Source: Glaucostegus cemiculus (Eukaryota). Taken from it: a DNA stretch of 64,000 nucleotides. Location of the stretch: the NCBI GenBank assembly GCA_976551045.1, contig CDPCPM010000044.1, forward strand, positions 8,990,001 to 9,054,000, read 5' to 3'. Each line of letters starts with the position of its first letter. Positions within the stretch are counted from its first letter, which is position 1. The translations under genes and the position numbers were made by a program. Below, piece after piece: positions 49,435-63,804 of this stretch. The notes below the pieces were generated by a model. The model had not been told where the DNA came from, did not search any database, and saw only the letters and a list, made by a program, of their open reading frames with translations.

Positions 49435-52187
49435 TGAAGCTGCAAAATGCGGGAATCACTTCCATCCTGAATTATCTGACGGGGAACGAAGAAAACTCAG
49501 ACCTGGGTGTTTACTCTGTGATATCACCTTCCAATGGTCCATTCCAGTGTCTGCTCTTCATAGTCTTCTGAGAATGATGTTGCTGTTCCTCCCTGTCACA
49601 GGACATGTTTACGTCCTGCCACGCTACCTCTTGACATTCAAAGAAAGCAACTGATGTTTGTGTTATATTAAATGTAATATCAGCTATGAGAGTGGGCGAT
49701 GGTGTTGAATTTAGAATAACTTAATTCATTGGATACCATGGATTCGTTGTTCAAACGAACTGGGTCCACAAGAGAAGCCAATGATGGGGTGGTGAACTGT
49801 GCTCTCTGACATCACTGAAGTAAAGGCTGGAGGACCTCAGATAAAATTCACACCTTGTTCACAGCTCCTCCCCTTGCCCTCCGTCTTTTCTGTCTTTTCA
49901 AGCCCGTGTACTTTGCCAGAAATGAGAGGATCTATCAGCTTATGTACATAGAATGATACTTTTTGGCAATTTCTTTGAAATAATCCGAGGTTCAATGGTC
50001 AAGATATGAATAATTAAATTAAACCTTTTCTCCTTTTTCTTGATGTACTGTGTGATGTAAGATTGCCTCAATGAATTCCAGAGCAACATTTGTACAGTGA
50101 TCTTTCCTGCTTAAACCTTGTTCATAGTCTGTGATATATTGTTGGCAATACTGTTGACCAAATGTGTTTGAGTTTGAATGACACATTCCTATGTCAAAAT
50201 ACAACAACTAATAACTGCAAGTAAGATTGGTGATATTTTACGGAAATGTTTCTATTTTACCTGGAGCTTTTGTGTTTTCTCTGTAAAATGTCAGATTTTA
50301 GGATCTATCCAAAGTCTGTGGAAGAAAATTCTATGCAGGTATAATTTTTATGTAAAATACCTGCATTTCAGAAGGTAGTGCTGCTAAGAGTCTGACAATA
50401 TGGGAGGAAATGAAACTTGTAAATAGGAACAATGTTTACGTGGTGATACAAATCCTTTGCCCTGAATGTACTTTCACTGGCTGGTTCAGTTGACCAACCA
50501 TCTCGTCTGGTTGGTTGATGTTTGTGAATGAATTTGTTGAGCATCCTCAAAAGTACTTTAGAAAGTAAAATAAATTGGATTTCTCATGAAGAATTTGTTG
50601 TCATTGCTTCTGAATTTCCAGTATACAGTTCTGCTTCTCCATTTGATGAATGAACTAGGGTAGACTAAGGAATGAAGAACAATGTGTCCAGGGCCAAACC
50701 TGCACATTGTCAGTGGGTTTTCATGCCGTTTCTTTCACTTGCCAAATCAGCACAAATGGTGTGGTCAGGTACTGGGGCTCACACGAGAGGACGACACTGC
50801 AAAGCGGATGCAGTGATGCTGCAGTTCTGCAAAATGCTAATTAAATCCAAGGGCCCATGTCAGTATATGAGGAGAAATAAGGGTTTTATGGGATACGTAA
50901 TTTAGAGTTTGGTTAAAAAAAGGGTAATGTTTACAACTGAGCATTTGTCATTGTAATTCAACATTGGCAGGTAAGATGCATTCTGCAGTTAACATCAAAC
51001 TAGAAAACTGGAATTGCTACAGAGGGCTAAAGCTGAGATGAAAGTTAGCTCAGGGGTCAGCATGAGCACAGTAAATTTATTTTTTCTGAATATTACTTCA
51101 TAGGATGTAGATGTCACTAATTGCTAATCTTAATTGTCCCTTAAACTCAACACCTCTTGATTTGCTGACTGTATCACAGGGTTCATAGGGTTGTGAATGG
51201 ATGAAGNNNNNNNNNNNNNNNNNNNNNNNNNNNNNNNNNNNNNNNNNNNNNNNNNNNNNNNNNNNNNNNNNNNNNNNNNNNNNNNNNNNNNNNNNNNNNN
51301 NNNNNNNNNNNNNNNNNNNNNNNNNNNNNNNNNNNNNNNNNNNNNNNNNNNNNNNNNNNNNNNNNNNNNNNNNNNNNNNNNNNNNCAATGACATCGGAAT
51401 ATCTGCCCATTTAGGTGTGAGCATTACTTCCAGTGCAGCAGAGCTCAGTTTCCTCTTGTATTGGTCCTTGATTCCCCTTGACACTGGATCTGTGAAGCCC
51501 ATGTGGTCGTTGATGTGCAATTGCCAGTTTACGTTAATTGAACTATTGCACTGGGAATTTGCACTCCACAGTATAAAGACCAGGAATGTCTCAACAGGGT
51601 CTTGAAGACAAAGGTCCAGCAAAAAACCCATGGCCAAAAGATTGAGTGCTAGATGAAGAGAGTACAGGAGCCTCAGCAACTCACTGACAGTCATGACATG
51701 CACAGATTCTTCAGTGGTATAGCAGCCATGCACTGTCCCAAGCCTGAAGACCCACTGAGAGCCAAGAACAGAGGAACTCTGCAAACCTGCTGACAGATAC
51801 AGTTTGAAGATAATCTCAGCCATCCCCCTGTCCTTGATGTGAGCACCCTGGACTCCATCCCGCAGTTATGAATTCAGTTAAGCCTTACCTGCACTCCTCA
51901 TTGACAAGAAGTCGAACAAGCCCACTCCCGTCTAATAAACAACAATAACTCAGGAGCAGATGGTTTCCTCACTAATGTCCAAAACACAGGGGTAAAGAGA
52001 TATAGTCACAAATCCACAATCTCATTATCCACATCTAGGAAGAAGAGGATATACCAGGGGACATTCTGAGATGATGCAATCAGGGAAAGCAGCCCTTAAG
52101 AGTCAGTGACCATAATATGATGGAATTCACCCTGCAATTTGAGAGGGAGAAGCTAAAATTAGGTGTATTGGTATTACAGTTGAGTAA

Positions 52188-53391
52188 AGGTAACTACAGA
52201 GGCATGAGAGAGTTGCTTGGAAGGGGACCCCAGTAGGGATGACGGTAGAGCAGTAATATTTGGAGTTTTGGGTGTAATTCGGAGAATCAGTTTATCTCAA
52301 AGAAGCAGAAGCATTCTAAAGGGAGGATGTTACAAGCATGGCTGACAAGGGAAGTCAAAGACAGCATAAAAGCAAAAGAGAAGGCTTACAATATTGCAAA
52401 AAGTTATGGGAAGCTAGAGGACTGGGAAGCTTAAAAAAACCAACAGAAGGCAACTAAAGAGGAACTTAAGGGGAGAAAAGATGAAATATGAAGGTAAACT
52501 AAGCAATAATATAAAAGAGGATACCAAAAGTTTTTTTCAGATGTATAACGAGCAAAAGGGAGGCAATAGTAGCTATGAAACCGCTGGAAAATAGCACTGG
52601 AGAGGTAGTAAGGGGGAACAAAGAAATGGAGGACAAAGTGAATAAGTATTTTGTATCAGTCTTCACAGTGGAAGACACCAGCAACATGCAGGGGGCAGGA
52701 GTGAGTGTAGTCGCTATTACTGAGGAAGAGGTGCTTGGGAGTCTGAAAGGTATGAAGGTGGATAAGTCACCTGGACCAGAGGACTACACCCTGGGGTTCT
52801 GAAAGAGATAGCTGAAGAGATTGTGGAGACATTTGTAGTGATCTTTCAAGAAACGCTAGAGTTAGGAATAGTTTGAGAGGACTGGAAAATTGCAAATGTC
52901 ACTCCACTATTTAAGAAGGGAAAGAGGCAAATGACTGGAAACTATAGGCCAGTTAGCCTTGTTTCAGTGATTGGTAAGACGTTAGAGTTCATTATTAAGG
53001 ATGATGTTTCGGGGTACTTGGAGACACATGATAAAATGGGTCAAAGTCAGCACAGTTTCCTTCAAGGGAAATCTTGCCCGACAATCTGTTGGAATTCTTT
53101 GAGGAAGTAACAGGCAGGATAGACAAAGGAGAGTCAGTGGATGTTGTTTACTTGGCTTTTCAGAAGGCCTTAGACAAGGAGCCACAAAGGAGGCTACTAA
53201 ACAGGATAGGAGCTCATGGTAGTACAGGAATGTTACTGGCATGGATAAAAGATTGTAAGGGCATCGTAGGTTATGGGAGAAGGCAGGAAAGTAGAATTGA
53301 AAGTGAAAAATAAATCAGCCATGATTGAATGGCATTGGGGACTTGATGGGCCGAATGGCCTAATTTATCTCCTATGTCTTCTGGTCCTATG
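52188..53391 (+). mobile_element. CR1-type LINE fragment (duplicate of 39375-40572)
   Basis: Same motifs and same internal deletion as 39375-40572. Confidence 0.88.
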
Positions 53392-55853
53392 ACTATTTTC
53401 AGAAAGGATATGTCTGACCACAGAGGGGTGTCACTGCTGGCTGCCACAGGGAATGTCAACTGCAGGGTATTTTGAACTATGTCCTCTCAGTGATCGAAGA
53501 GCCGTCCGAATCACAATGTGGGTTCTGTCCATCTTAAGACATGATGGGACGGTTGTCAACATCAGACGATGTCAAGCAAGATTCAGGGATCTACACCCAA
53601 CATGATGCATGGCCTTTCTGGACCTCAATCTGGCGGAAATATGGAAAACACTGAATGTTACACAAAACTCACCGTCAACCAGGCAGCAGACGGAGAAGCA
53701 AACTGATATCACTGTCCCCTCCCAGGTCAACATCCCCACCCTCTATGCTCTACTTACAGTCAGTCAGCTATGTTGGGTCAGCCACATAATTTGCATACCC
53801 GACGACAGACTCCTGAATTGGACACCTGATTCTTTGCTGTGTCACTGGAAAAGATTAGCAGGAGGACAGAATGAAAGTTTCAAAGATGTTCTTAAAGCCT
53901 CCTTGAAGAGATGCAACATCCACACAGTCACCTTGGAATCTCTGGCCCAAGTGGAGAAGCGGAATTGCGTATAGTACTGAGAGTATGTGTGCATTGGCAT
54001 CATGTGAATTCTAGCTTAATAACCTCTCTGTTCCCCTACCACATCATTTTCTCATTCCAGAAATGTTCTTTTCAGTAATATTTTTACATGTTCCTAGAGA
54101 ATTCCTTCTGGCAATAAAGACCTGAAATATTGATGCGTTGATGTGGTCTAGATACCACAGCGGCTCTTCCTTCAGACTCAACCATCTATGGAAGGTTCCC
54201 ATCCACCTAAACCACAGTCAGGTTCAGTTATACCCAAACTGTGAGTGTACCTGATCTCCAGAATGAGAACCTGACAGAGTAATGTTCTGATTAACATGGA
54301 GCATTGGGTAACTGTAACATAGCAGGTCCCCTCACATCTGATGTTGGAGATGGGCACCAGTGGTTCAGTGAAATTTGATGGACGGTGGATGTATATTTGT
54401 TGTCTCTGATTTTATGTGTCATTAATCAATGAACTGAAGAACGTTGCGATTAGAATCCAACCTGCCTGCACCCGAGTGTGGATATGATTAATTCACATCT
54501 GGGATCTCCCCATAGATCAATCCTTGCCACTTTTTGAATCTAATCCGCTTGGAGAGTGATTACACCGAATCTTTCCCTGCAACCTAGACAAAGTAGTTAT
54601 GTAGTGTTGAAAGGACCAAATCAAAATGTAACACAGGAAAATATTGACAACAGCAGCTAAGAGAAAGAGAAGCATTTTCTGACATTGGAGACACTCTTGA
54701 TACTGAGGTTTAGGAATCTCATGGCTGTGAAGTGCTGGTCGTCTATGTAGGTTGTGTTGGTCCATTAAATGTAAGAGGATGTTTTTCTGTGATGGAAGTT
54801 CAGATGTGCAGCTAACTTGTTGATTTTCATAAACTGTCAGTGTCAGAGGAATTTCACATATTAAAGTTCATTGTACCAGTACGGTAGAAGATAAGTCCAG
54901 GACTTGAACCTCACGCAGAGCTCATCATCTCTGTTGATGGAGAGCAATAAAATGATTACAGAGGTGAGATCGACTTGGAAGAAATTGTTTCTGTTAATTT
55001 CTCTGTGCCTGTAACATGGCTAATCTGGGAATATTCTTCTAATTTATTGTAATAAATTTCCAATACATAGCAGATGGGAGCAAAGGCAGACTTTGAAACA
55101 TAGAACCACATGGAGCATAAAAGAAGCTGATTTCCTGGAATTCACGTGGGCTCACACACACCGGCTGTAATCTGACAATGAACTTCCCTCACCCTTGTCC
55201 GTCCCCAGGGGGAGGAGACAACATGACTTCAGCCTCCGCACTTCCCAAATCTGGGAACTGAAACTTGAACCAGCTCCAGAAGGCCCTGAAGCTGAGATTA
55301 CGTCACTCACGGACAGTGAACAGAAGGAACATTTGTTGCTGTAGAAATTGTTCCAGCAAAAGTCTTAAACTATTAGTGATATTAAATCTTACAGCATATA
55401 GTGGGCCAGTCGACACAGCATGAGAATTCCTGCACAATCTATCCAATTATTCCCACTCACCTGCACTCCACAGAGTGCTGCAAAGGTTTTTTCCTCACAT
55501 ATAAATCCAGTAAGTATCAACATCCTGTCATCTGTGTATGTGTCTGCTGGGCACAGAGGGGGGAGGGTTACATAAACTGCAGGATATTAAAACATAGGCA
55601 AAGATTTAACAGAGTTTAATATCTTTAGCATTGAGAACTGTGGTGTAGGTGTAACTGGTGAATCCTGGTGTTTGTACTCAGTGGTCCTGAGGGAGATGCT
55701 GGTGTCTGACGAGGGAAGATAGCAGGACAGCTCAGGCAAGAGAGGGGATGGTAAGTCGGGTCAGATGGGACCAGATGGTGAGTGAAGGAAACGTAGTGAA
55801 GACAGAATAAGTTTTGAATCGAACCGAGACAGGCTTATTCAGATCAGTGCAGT

Positions 55854-56405
55854 ATTTTAAAAATCATAATTGTTTATTAGTTGAAAGCACTACAATAAGG
55901 ACAACCGGTGTCAATGCACTACATCTAAACAGAACAGAAGAAATTAGGCAACTACATAACTACAGTAGATAATGCAACTAATGCTAACGAAACACCTATG
56001 CAACACTACACCCACTAACGCAACAAGCAACACTTCAAATACGAATCGCTTTTGTACTGTCAATGCCTCATGCGTTCCCATGACAGGCCCACCGAACACA
56101 GAAATCAACCAGGATGTCCACTGAGACGGCATGCTTCCTCTCCAAGAACACGCACACTTGCACATAAGCATGGAAGACGGGCAGGCAGGTGGACAGGCCG
56201 GAACCCTCGGCTGCCTGCCGCCTTGTCCCATGGATCGTCAGCTTGGCCAGGTCCAGCAGAAGACCCACCAGGAGATCCTCCACGCAACCTGCACTTTGCT
56301 GCACCAGGTGACCGTAGATCAATAACGTCGGCCTGAAGTACAGCCAGAACTTGAATAGCAGCCCCTTCAGATGCATAAAGAGGGGCTGCAACCTCTCCCA
56401 CTCCA
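55854..56405 (-). mobile_element. Tx1/L1-like 3' fragment (duplicate of 43044-43595)
   Basis: Same ORF remnant. TSD cagatcagtgcagt at 55840-55853 and 56406-56419. Confidence 0.75.
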
Positions 56406-58321
56406 CAGATCAGTGCAGTTACTACTGTTACCTTTGCCTTGAATCTACAGAATCTGTAGCTTTATTCAGGGCTGCCCCTTGGGGATGGGAGATACAAAGC
56501 AGGACAGAGGGGTAAATTTGTTACCTCCCATCTACCCTCCCAGTGCTGAAGCAGGGTCTCGATTGGAAATGTCGACTATCCCTTTCTCTCCTCTGATGCT
56601 GTCTGATCCACTGAATTCCTCCAGCGGGTTGCTTTCTGTGTCTCTGTAGCTCCAGTGGTGTGGGCTCTCATGTAGGGTCAGGCCAGCTGAAACATTTACT
56701 AAAATCGGCCAGATCTGTGTTAAGGGGAAGTCCAACGTGCTCACCCAGTGATGGGTAGGAGAGCTGCTCTGGTTGGGCAGGGACATTGAAGTAATTTCAC
56801 TGAGATACAGAAGCATTGTTGGCAGAGTTACCAACCCGCACTCACTCCCAATGAGCATCTTGGAGATCAGTTGGAATATTCAATAATTCACTCTTTCTTA
56901 GAAATACTTTGGCTATTGATGAATCAAAACATCAGACAGTTAATTCTCACATTGAACATTCCCATGTACACTTCCACCACTGCATCCTTCTACAATCAGA
57001 AATTGACAATTGCTGAGGTGCAAACATGTATTGAAGATACCCAACATTGCATCAAGTTAGGGGATGTCACATTTGTTGTAACTCATGTGTTTCAGCCCAG
57101 GGCTTAGTTCCTATTTATTATAATCCACAGAATCAGTGCCAAGTCTGTGAAATATCCGTCTACACTCGGCCTGCGGCAAAATGTGGAACTTAATTATTGT
57201 CAGCCAATCTAGAAGTGTTCATGTGGGGAAATGGCATTGAATGTACAATTAATCCAGCCTGGTGATGTATGATTCTCAACAAATAACCTTTGACACTAGT
57301 CAATGTGGAGTTTGAAGAAAAAGCAATGAGGAAACTATGTGGTGGTCAAAGTGCATACAGTGATGACTGAAGGCTATTTTGCCCAGGACACATGGGACGG
57401 GGTAGGAGATTGGACTCTTTGAACCTACTCTCCCATTGAGTAGACTCCAGACTCATCTTTTCTCACAAGTTCCCTCCCTCCTGTCTGATACTCACATTTG
57501 CTGCATTGCTGGGAGTTCAAAAATACATTGATCACAGCCTGGAAAATACCAATGACTGAAATGCCAACAGATCCTGAGGTGGAGACTTCCTCAGATGGCT
57601 CTGTCTGCTCAGTCACCGAGTACACTCAAAGCCATGAGTTTACCCAATTGATGATATTGATCATTGCAAAAATCTCGGAGAGCTTTCTGAGTAACAAACC
57701 ATGGGATTGCTGTTCTGGAACTACGTATTAGAAATAATAGCTTTCATATGCACAAACCTGCTGATAATTCTTTATAAATATCAAGGAAGTAAACGACCCA
57801 GAGAGTCTTCTGTTGTTTATAAATTCATAGAAAATCAATGTCCCAAAAGTCTTCTATTGTTAAACTAAACTCTTTTTTAAGTTGCAAATGTTGGAGAAAA
57901 TTGGAAGGAATTGGATTGGAGTGAACTCTAAATTTTGACATATTACAGCCCCTCATATTTTTATAGCAGTGAGAAATATCCCAATTTTCCAATAGCTCTA
58001 TGTAATTGTTGTCTATTTTAATGTGCTTTTGGCACCTACAGTTAAAGAACACCAAACTGAAGTACAACTGGATGTGCAAATTGGTATCAGTGAATGTTAT
58101 AATATCTCAGCAGGTCTGAGTGTGTACATGGAGCAAAAAGCCCAGTCAGGGAGGGACACTTCTAAAGGTCCTGTCAAATTACCCAGCGAATAAACTGGTG
58201 GGCTGAAGGGCCTGTTTTGCGCTGTATTGTTCTATGTTCTATGTAATGGAGTGAAATTGTCAGTCTTTAACTGAATATTTTGTTTGACCTGAGGTGTTAA
58301 TGATTATTTTAATCTAGGTTA

Positions 58322-58700
58322 GGGAGTTCCCCAGCTTAACTACAGTCACCTCCAGAGGTTGTGCAAAATGAAAGTGGAAGAGTTCAATAAATATATATAA
58401 CCCTCTTCAGTCACACATCAAACAACAGAGAGGGAAGAATGCACTGTTGCTGTGATGAACAGAGGATTCTTTGGCAGAAAGCTAATTGGCAGTGAAGTGA
58501 AAGTTAAGGAGCCCCACGGCCATGACAATACTTATCCTTTGCTGCTCATGGTACGTAGTGATGTGTTTTATTCTCATTGATTTGTTGGGTGGCAATTATT
58601 TTCAGGAGCTTGTGTGTCTGATTCCATGTTTCACCCAATTGTTCCTCAGGTAGATGGAAAATATAAGGAGGAAATATTTTATGACAGAAATCTGTGCTGA
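58322..58700 (+). other. Third copy of the candidate promoter plus small ORF (58455-58550, 58650-58700)
   Basis: GGGAGTTCCC 58322-58331, aataaatatatataa, MNRGFFGRKLIGSEVKVKEPHGHDNTYPLLLM / VDGKYKEEIFYDRNLC-stop. Confidence 0.35.
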
Positions 58701-59084
58701 GGAGAGGAGGAGAGGGCAGTGAGAAAAGAAAGGGAGGCCTGAGACTGAGGAAAGGAGGAGAATGGAAAAAGCACAGGAGGTTCAAGACAAAGAGCAAAGT
58801 GAAGTCAAGAAGTTAAAGAACGGTGTGACATATCCTGTTCACGGTTGATTCCAGTTGTTAGGACTGGAGTGGACCCCACTGTGAGTTAGAATGATCATTC
58901 CTGCAGCAGCTGTTGACTGCTCCAGGAACTTCAGCTGAGGGTCGATGAGCTGGAGTCTGCGCTTCAAACTCAGGGAGGGGTAGAGTTACCTGGACATTGT
59001 GTTCCAGGGGGCAGGCACATCCTTGGGATTAATTCCCTCAAATTTGATCTGTGGTCAGGGATAGGAGAATGTGATTGCAAAAGG

Positions 59085-60399
59085 TCACAAGATCACAAGG
59101 CAAGGGAGCAGCAGTAGATCATTCGGCCCATCGAGTCTGCTCCTAAGAAATGAAAGGGAAAAAGAAAAAGAATAAAGAAAGGGAAAAAGAAAAAGAAAAA
59201 AGAAATGAGAAATGGGGGAAAAAAGTCTGCTCCATGAGCTAAAGGAAGGAATAAAACTATTTCTTTCTAGCCCCAGTTTCCGGCCTTATCCCCACATACG
59301 TTGATACCTTGACTAATTAGATAACTATCTATCTCTTCCTTAAACGCCTCCAATGATCAGACCTCCACTGCTGTACGTGGCAAAGAATTCCATAAATTCA
59401 ATGCCCTCTGTCTAAAGAAATTTCTCCTCTACTCTGTTCTAAACCTGTACCCTCTATTTCTAAGATTGTGCCCTCTGGTCCTGGACTCCCCCACCAATGG
59501 AAACTGCTTGGCCACATCTACTCTGTCCAGTCCTTTCAACATTGTAAATGTTTCTAGGAGGTCTCCTCTCATTCTTCTGTACTCCAGTGAGTGAAGTCCA
59601 AGAGCCGACAAACGCTCATTCCGGCAATTATCCTCGTAGATTTCCTCTGAACCCTCCCTAACATCAGTACATCCTTCCTAAGATCTGGGGCCCAAAACTG
59701 CATACAGTATTCCAAATGAGGCCTCACTAGTGCCCTGTGGAGCCTCATCAACACTTTCCTACTTTTATGCACTATACCTCTCAAAAGGAATGCCAACATA
59801 GCATTCGCTTTCCTTACTGCCAATCCAACCTGGTGGTTAACCTTAGGGTATCCTGCACAAGTATCCCCAAGTCCCTTTGTACTTCTGTACTTTGAATTTT
59901 CTCCCCTTCTATATAATAATGTGCCTGTCTATTGCTGTTTCCAAAGTGTACAACTGCACATTTCTCAACATTGAATCTCATCTGCCATTTCCTTGCCCAT
60001 TCTCCTAAACTATCTAAGTCTCTCTGCAACCTTCCTGTCTCCTCAGTGCTCCCTACTCCTCCACCTATCTTGGTGTCATCTGCAAACTTAGCCACAAAAC
60101 CATTTACTCCATAATCCAAATCGTTAATGTACAAAGTAAGAAGTGGCCCCAACACCGACCCCTGCAGAACACCACTGGTGACCAGTAGCCAACCAGAACA
60201 GGATCCTTTTATTCCCACCCTATGCTTTCTGCCTACCAGCCAATGCTCCACCCATTCTGTTATCCTACCTGTACTTCCATGACCTCTCATCTTATTAATC
60301 AGCCTCTTGTGCGGCACCTTGTCAAAGGCCTTTTTAAAGTCTAAATACACAATATCTATAGCTTCTCCCTTGTCCATCCTACCTGAGATTTCCAGTGGT
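59085..60399 (-). mobile_element. CR1-type LINE 3' fragment (same insertion as 37562-38876)
   Basis: 187-aa RT ORF at 59814-60377 is nearly identical to 37584-38147, with the same junctions. Confidence 0.92.
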
Positions 60400-60701
60400 G
60401 GGAAGATCCTCAGCCCTTACCATTGTCTAACAGGGTCGAGGTCTTGCTCTCTGTTCAGATGAGAATGAGGTCTGCAGGGAGGTGGTGCAAGCTGCCCATG
60501 GTATCATGGCACAAGGGGTAGGCCAAGTGCGGGGAAGAAAATAGTAATGTAGTTGTCTTAAGTATAGCATGGTTATGGACATTGTTGTATGCAATAAAGA
60601 CATAGAGTCTTGAAGGCTCAGGTACACACAGACTACAACCTGACCCTGGAACTGACAAACCTGAGGGGAGGAGCCAACACAGCTGCAGCCTCAGCACTTT
60701 A

Positions 60702-60972
60702 AATTTTTTTCAATTTTTAAAAATTTAAAAAAAATTTTTATTCACAGCGTGGTAACAGGCCCTTTCGGCCCTCCGAGTCCACGTCGCCCATTTTAAACCC
60801 CCAAATTAACCTACCCGTACATCTTTCAGAATGTGGGAGGAAACCGGAGCACCCGGAGGAAACCCACGCAGACACGGGAGAACGTACAAACTCCTTACAG
60901 ACAGCGACGGGAATCGAACCCCGATCGCTGGCGCTGTAACAGCGTTGCGCTAACCGCTACGCTATCATGCCA
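60702..60972 (-). mobile_element. tRNA-derived V-SINE (same insertion as 36996-37265)
   Basis: TSD cacttta at 60695-60701 and 60973-60979. V-domain and A/B boxes on the minus strand. Confidence 0.88.
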
Positions 60973-61792
60973 CACTTTACACACCTGGGAACTGACTTCA
61001 GGAAGCCCTGACCCTTTAATCTCAGCACTGAGCTGCTCATGGATGGTGGCAGAGACCAGCAGTTGTTGAAGGATAAGGAGACTGATATCAGCACAATTTT
61101 CTTGTATCACAATGTGAATTATCATGGGTGAGTCTGAGATGGAAACTTCCTTGAGAGGCATCAGCCAGAGCTCAATGGCAATAAGATTATGGAAGATGAG
61201 GATAGGGGTAGCAGAGGTTCTGTAAGGTGGGGCTTGCTCTGGGGTTTGCTGAGATTGGGGGAGGGGCAGTGAATGTTTGTACTGCGGAAAAATATCCTCA
61301 GTGAGGCAGCCAGGGCAGACACAAGATCCAAGAACGAAGGAGGACACAAACTAAGAATGATGGCAGGTCTGTCACCATTGCAGCAACATGCTGACTCTTC
61401 ACGGAATGTGGGGATTGTATCCAATGTTGGAACTATGTTTATACCTGTGCATAGTTCAGAAACCTGCAGCATTAAGGTGCACAGAGACACAGATATGTAA
61501 ACTGAGAAAGGGAGAGCAATTTCCTGTAAATCATAGGTTTAAGCTCCACCGTGTGGCCGCACATTCTCCTGAGTTGTGCAATTTTGAAGCGACTGAGGAG
61601 TAAAGCCTGAAACTGGATTGTGTTTGCTCAACATAAAACAGTTGTTTCATTTTGCAACAGTCACTCTGCCAAAAGTGCCTTTTACACTTCTTCCCTGGAA
61701 TTAATAGTTAAATCTTAAGACTAATCCACCATCTATTGTGATATGTAATGGACCTGCAGCTGTAGATCACATGTGGTGAAACGTAAAAAAAC

Positions 61793-61912
61793 AAAAGTGA
61801 AAGCAGATCTGCCTCAGTTGCAGGGAAATTCCCTCCCCTGTCAGGACGTCAGAGTCTGGCAGATTTCACTGCAGGTGATGATGCAAATGAGAGAAGAGAA
61901 TCTCCATAAATA
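61793..61912 (+). promoter_or_regulatory. Chemokine copy 5 proximal promoter
   Basis: AAAAGTGAAAGC 61793-61804, GGGAAATTCC 61823-61832, GGACGTCA 61844-61851, CATAAATA 61905-61912. Confidence 0.72.
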
Positions 61913-61998
61913 GGAGCTCGCTGGATCTCTGCAGCGATTCAGCAGAGAGCTGAGCTTGGAGCAGAAAATCCTTTAGCAGACATATCTTCAGTAGCACA

Positions 61999-63804
61999 AT
62001 GTGGAAGATGGACAGAGCAGCCACTGTAACGATCCTCATCCTCCTTCTGTGTGCCATTGCTGCACAGGGTATGTTGAGATGTCTGAACTTGTGTTTTATT
62101 CTTTATTAAACTGTAGCACAAAGTCACGATTTTTTGGTTCATGTATTGTTTACCAAAAAATCAAACCCTCCATACTGATTCATGTAGCTAGGTGCAGAAA
62201 TGGATAGAACTACACCAGTGAATTGTGGTCAAATGGGATTTGCCTTGCTTTCATGGATTGCAGCTGCTCTTTGATCTTTGCTTTTAAGCTTCTAAATCAG
62301 TTTCACAAGCAAACTTGTCTGGAAATTATTTTTTGCAACATATGAGAATGAGATTGTGCAAGCACCAAATATATCTCTCTTGGCTGTGTATTGATGAGAC
62401 GGAAATGATGGAGAAAGTACCAGCAAGTTTTACAGGCTTTGCTCTCATTGACCCAACAAAGAAATCTGAGTGAATGTAATCTTTCCGCAGGTATTCCGAT
62501 CCCAGGAGCTCAAGGACGGTGCCAGTGCGTTCAGACCAGCTCTGATGTTATTCGTCCGAAATTCATCCAGAGCTTGAAGTATATTCCCAGAGGATCTCAC
62601 TGTCAGAACGCAGAGATAATGTAAGTAAACGAGCATCACTTTTAACCTTTCTCCCTCTCTGATTTTTAGTTAATAAGCTGAGCACCTTAATTTTGAATTT
62701 CTGTGAATTAATTTATAAATGTCACCTTCTCTTCACAGAGTCACCCTGAAAAATAAGAAGAAAGTATGTGTGGATCCTGATGCCAAGTGGCTGCAGGTTC
62801 TCATCACAGCCAAGAAAGGTCAGTGTTTGTTGTCTGCCAGAATTCACACTTTCCCTGTGAATGAACACGAGCGTCATGAGTTTTTTCTTTGTGTGAGTCA
62901 GTCTTTCATGGTGGAGGGTGCTGTCTGCTCCTCCCTGCTGAACATTCCCACCAGCATTTGGCACCTTCCAGTACTTTACTTGAGTACCCTCCATGTATGT
63001 GTGAGCCATAACCTGGTATGTCAGCAAACTATTTGACTACGGTGCTGTCAGAGCTCAGCATCTCACTCCCCTCACTCAGCGTTCACTATTGATGTTCCTG
63101 GGAGCTGTGATGGGGACCCGGAAGCAGAGGATGGGTCACTGGAAAACTACCATATGCAGGAGTGGTGACTGGGACCAATTGTCACATCTTTTATAACCCG
63201 GCTCATACCAACCAATGAAAGACAATCTATGATCAAAGCAGGGACATAAGGAATAAAATAGTTAATAGTGATCTTCCTCACAGGCTGCAGGCATAGAGCA
63301 CGGGCAGTTGAGGGAATGAAGCATTAGGGTGCCAGTTATGGAGAATGCTTTGTCCTGGATGGTATCCAGTGTCTTGGTGTTACAGCTTCACTGATCCAGG
63401 GAAATAGGGAGTGTTCAACACACTCCAGAGTTGGGCCTTGTAGATACTCAGGAAGACAACAATGGTAATGCCAAGGATAGTCCTTGGGATATTGCCTGGC
63501 TTGTTGGTTGGAACAAATGCTACCTGGCACTTACACATTCATGCCCGAATGCTGTCAAGGTGCTGATATAAGCTTGCACAGTGTCACTTTGTGAGGAGTG
63601 AGATATGGATTTGTACCTTGTGCCATGTATTTTGAATAATGCCCGTTGGAATATTGATAAGCTGCTATTAGGCTTAAAAGCCATAAGAATCTGTTATTTT
63701 TGTGGAAAGTCAGTTTGATAATTCTCTGTGCTCTGTATCTCTGTGGATAATGACACAATTTATTCAATTTCATTTCAGGTGGTAAAGAACACAATTCAAA
63801 ATAA
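61999..63804 (+). CDS. CXC chemokine copy 5, 101 aa; exons 61999-62068, 62491-62620, 62739-62818, 63779-63804
   Basis: MWKMDRAATVTILILLLCAIAAQGIPIPGAQGRCQCVQTSSDVIRPKFIQSLKYIPRGSHCQNAEIIVTLKNKKKVCVDPDAKWLQVLITAKKGGKEHNSK. The mature part is identical to copy 3. Confidence 0.93.
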
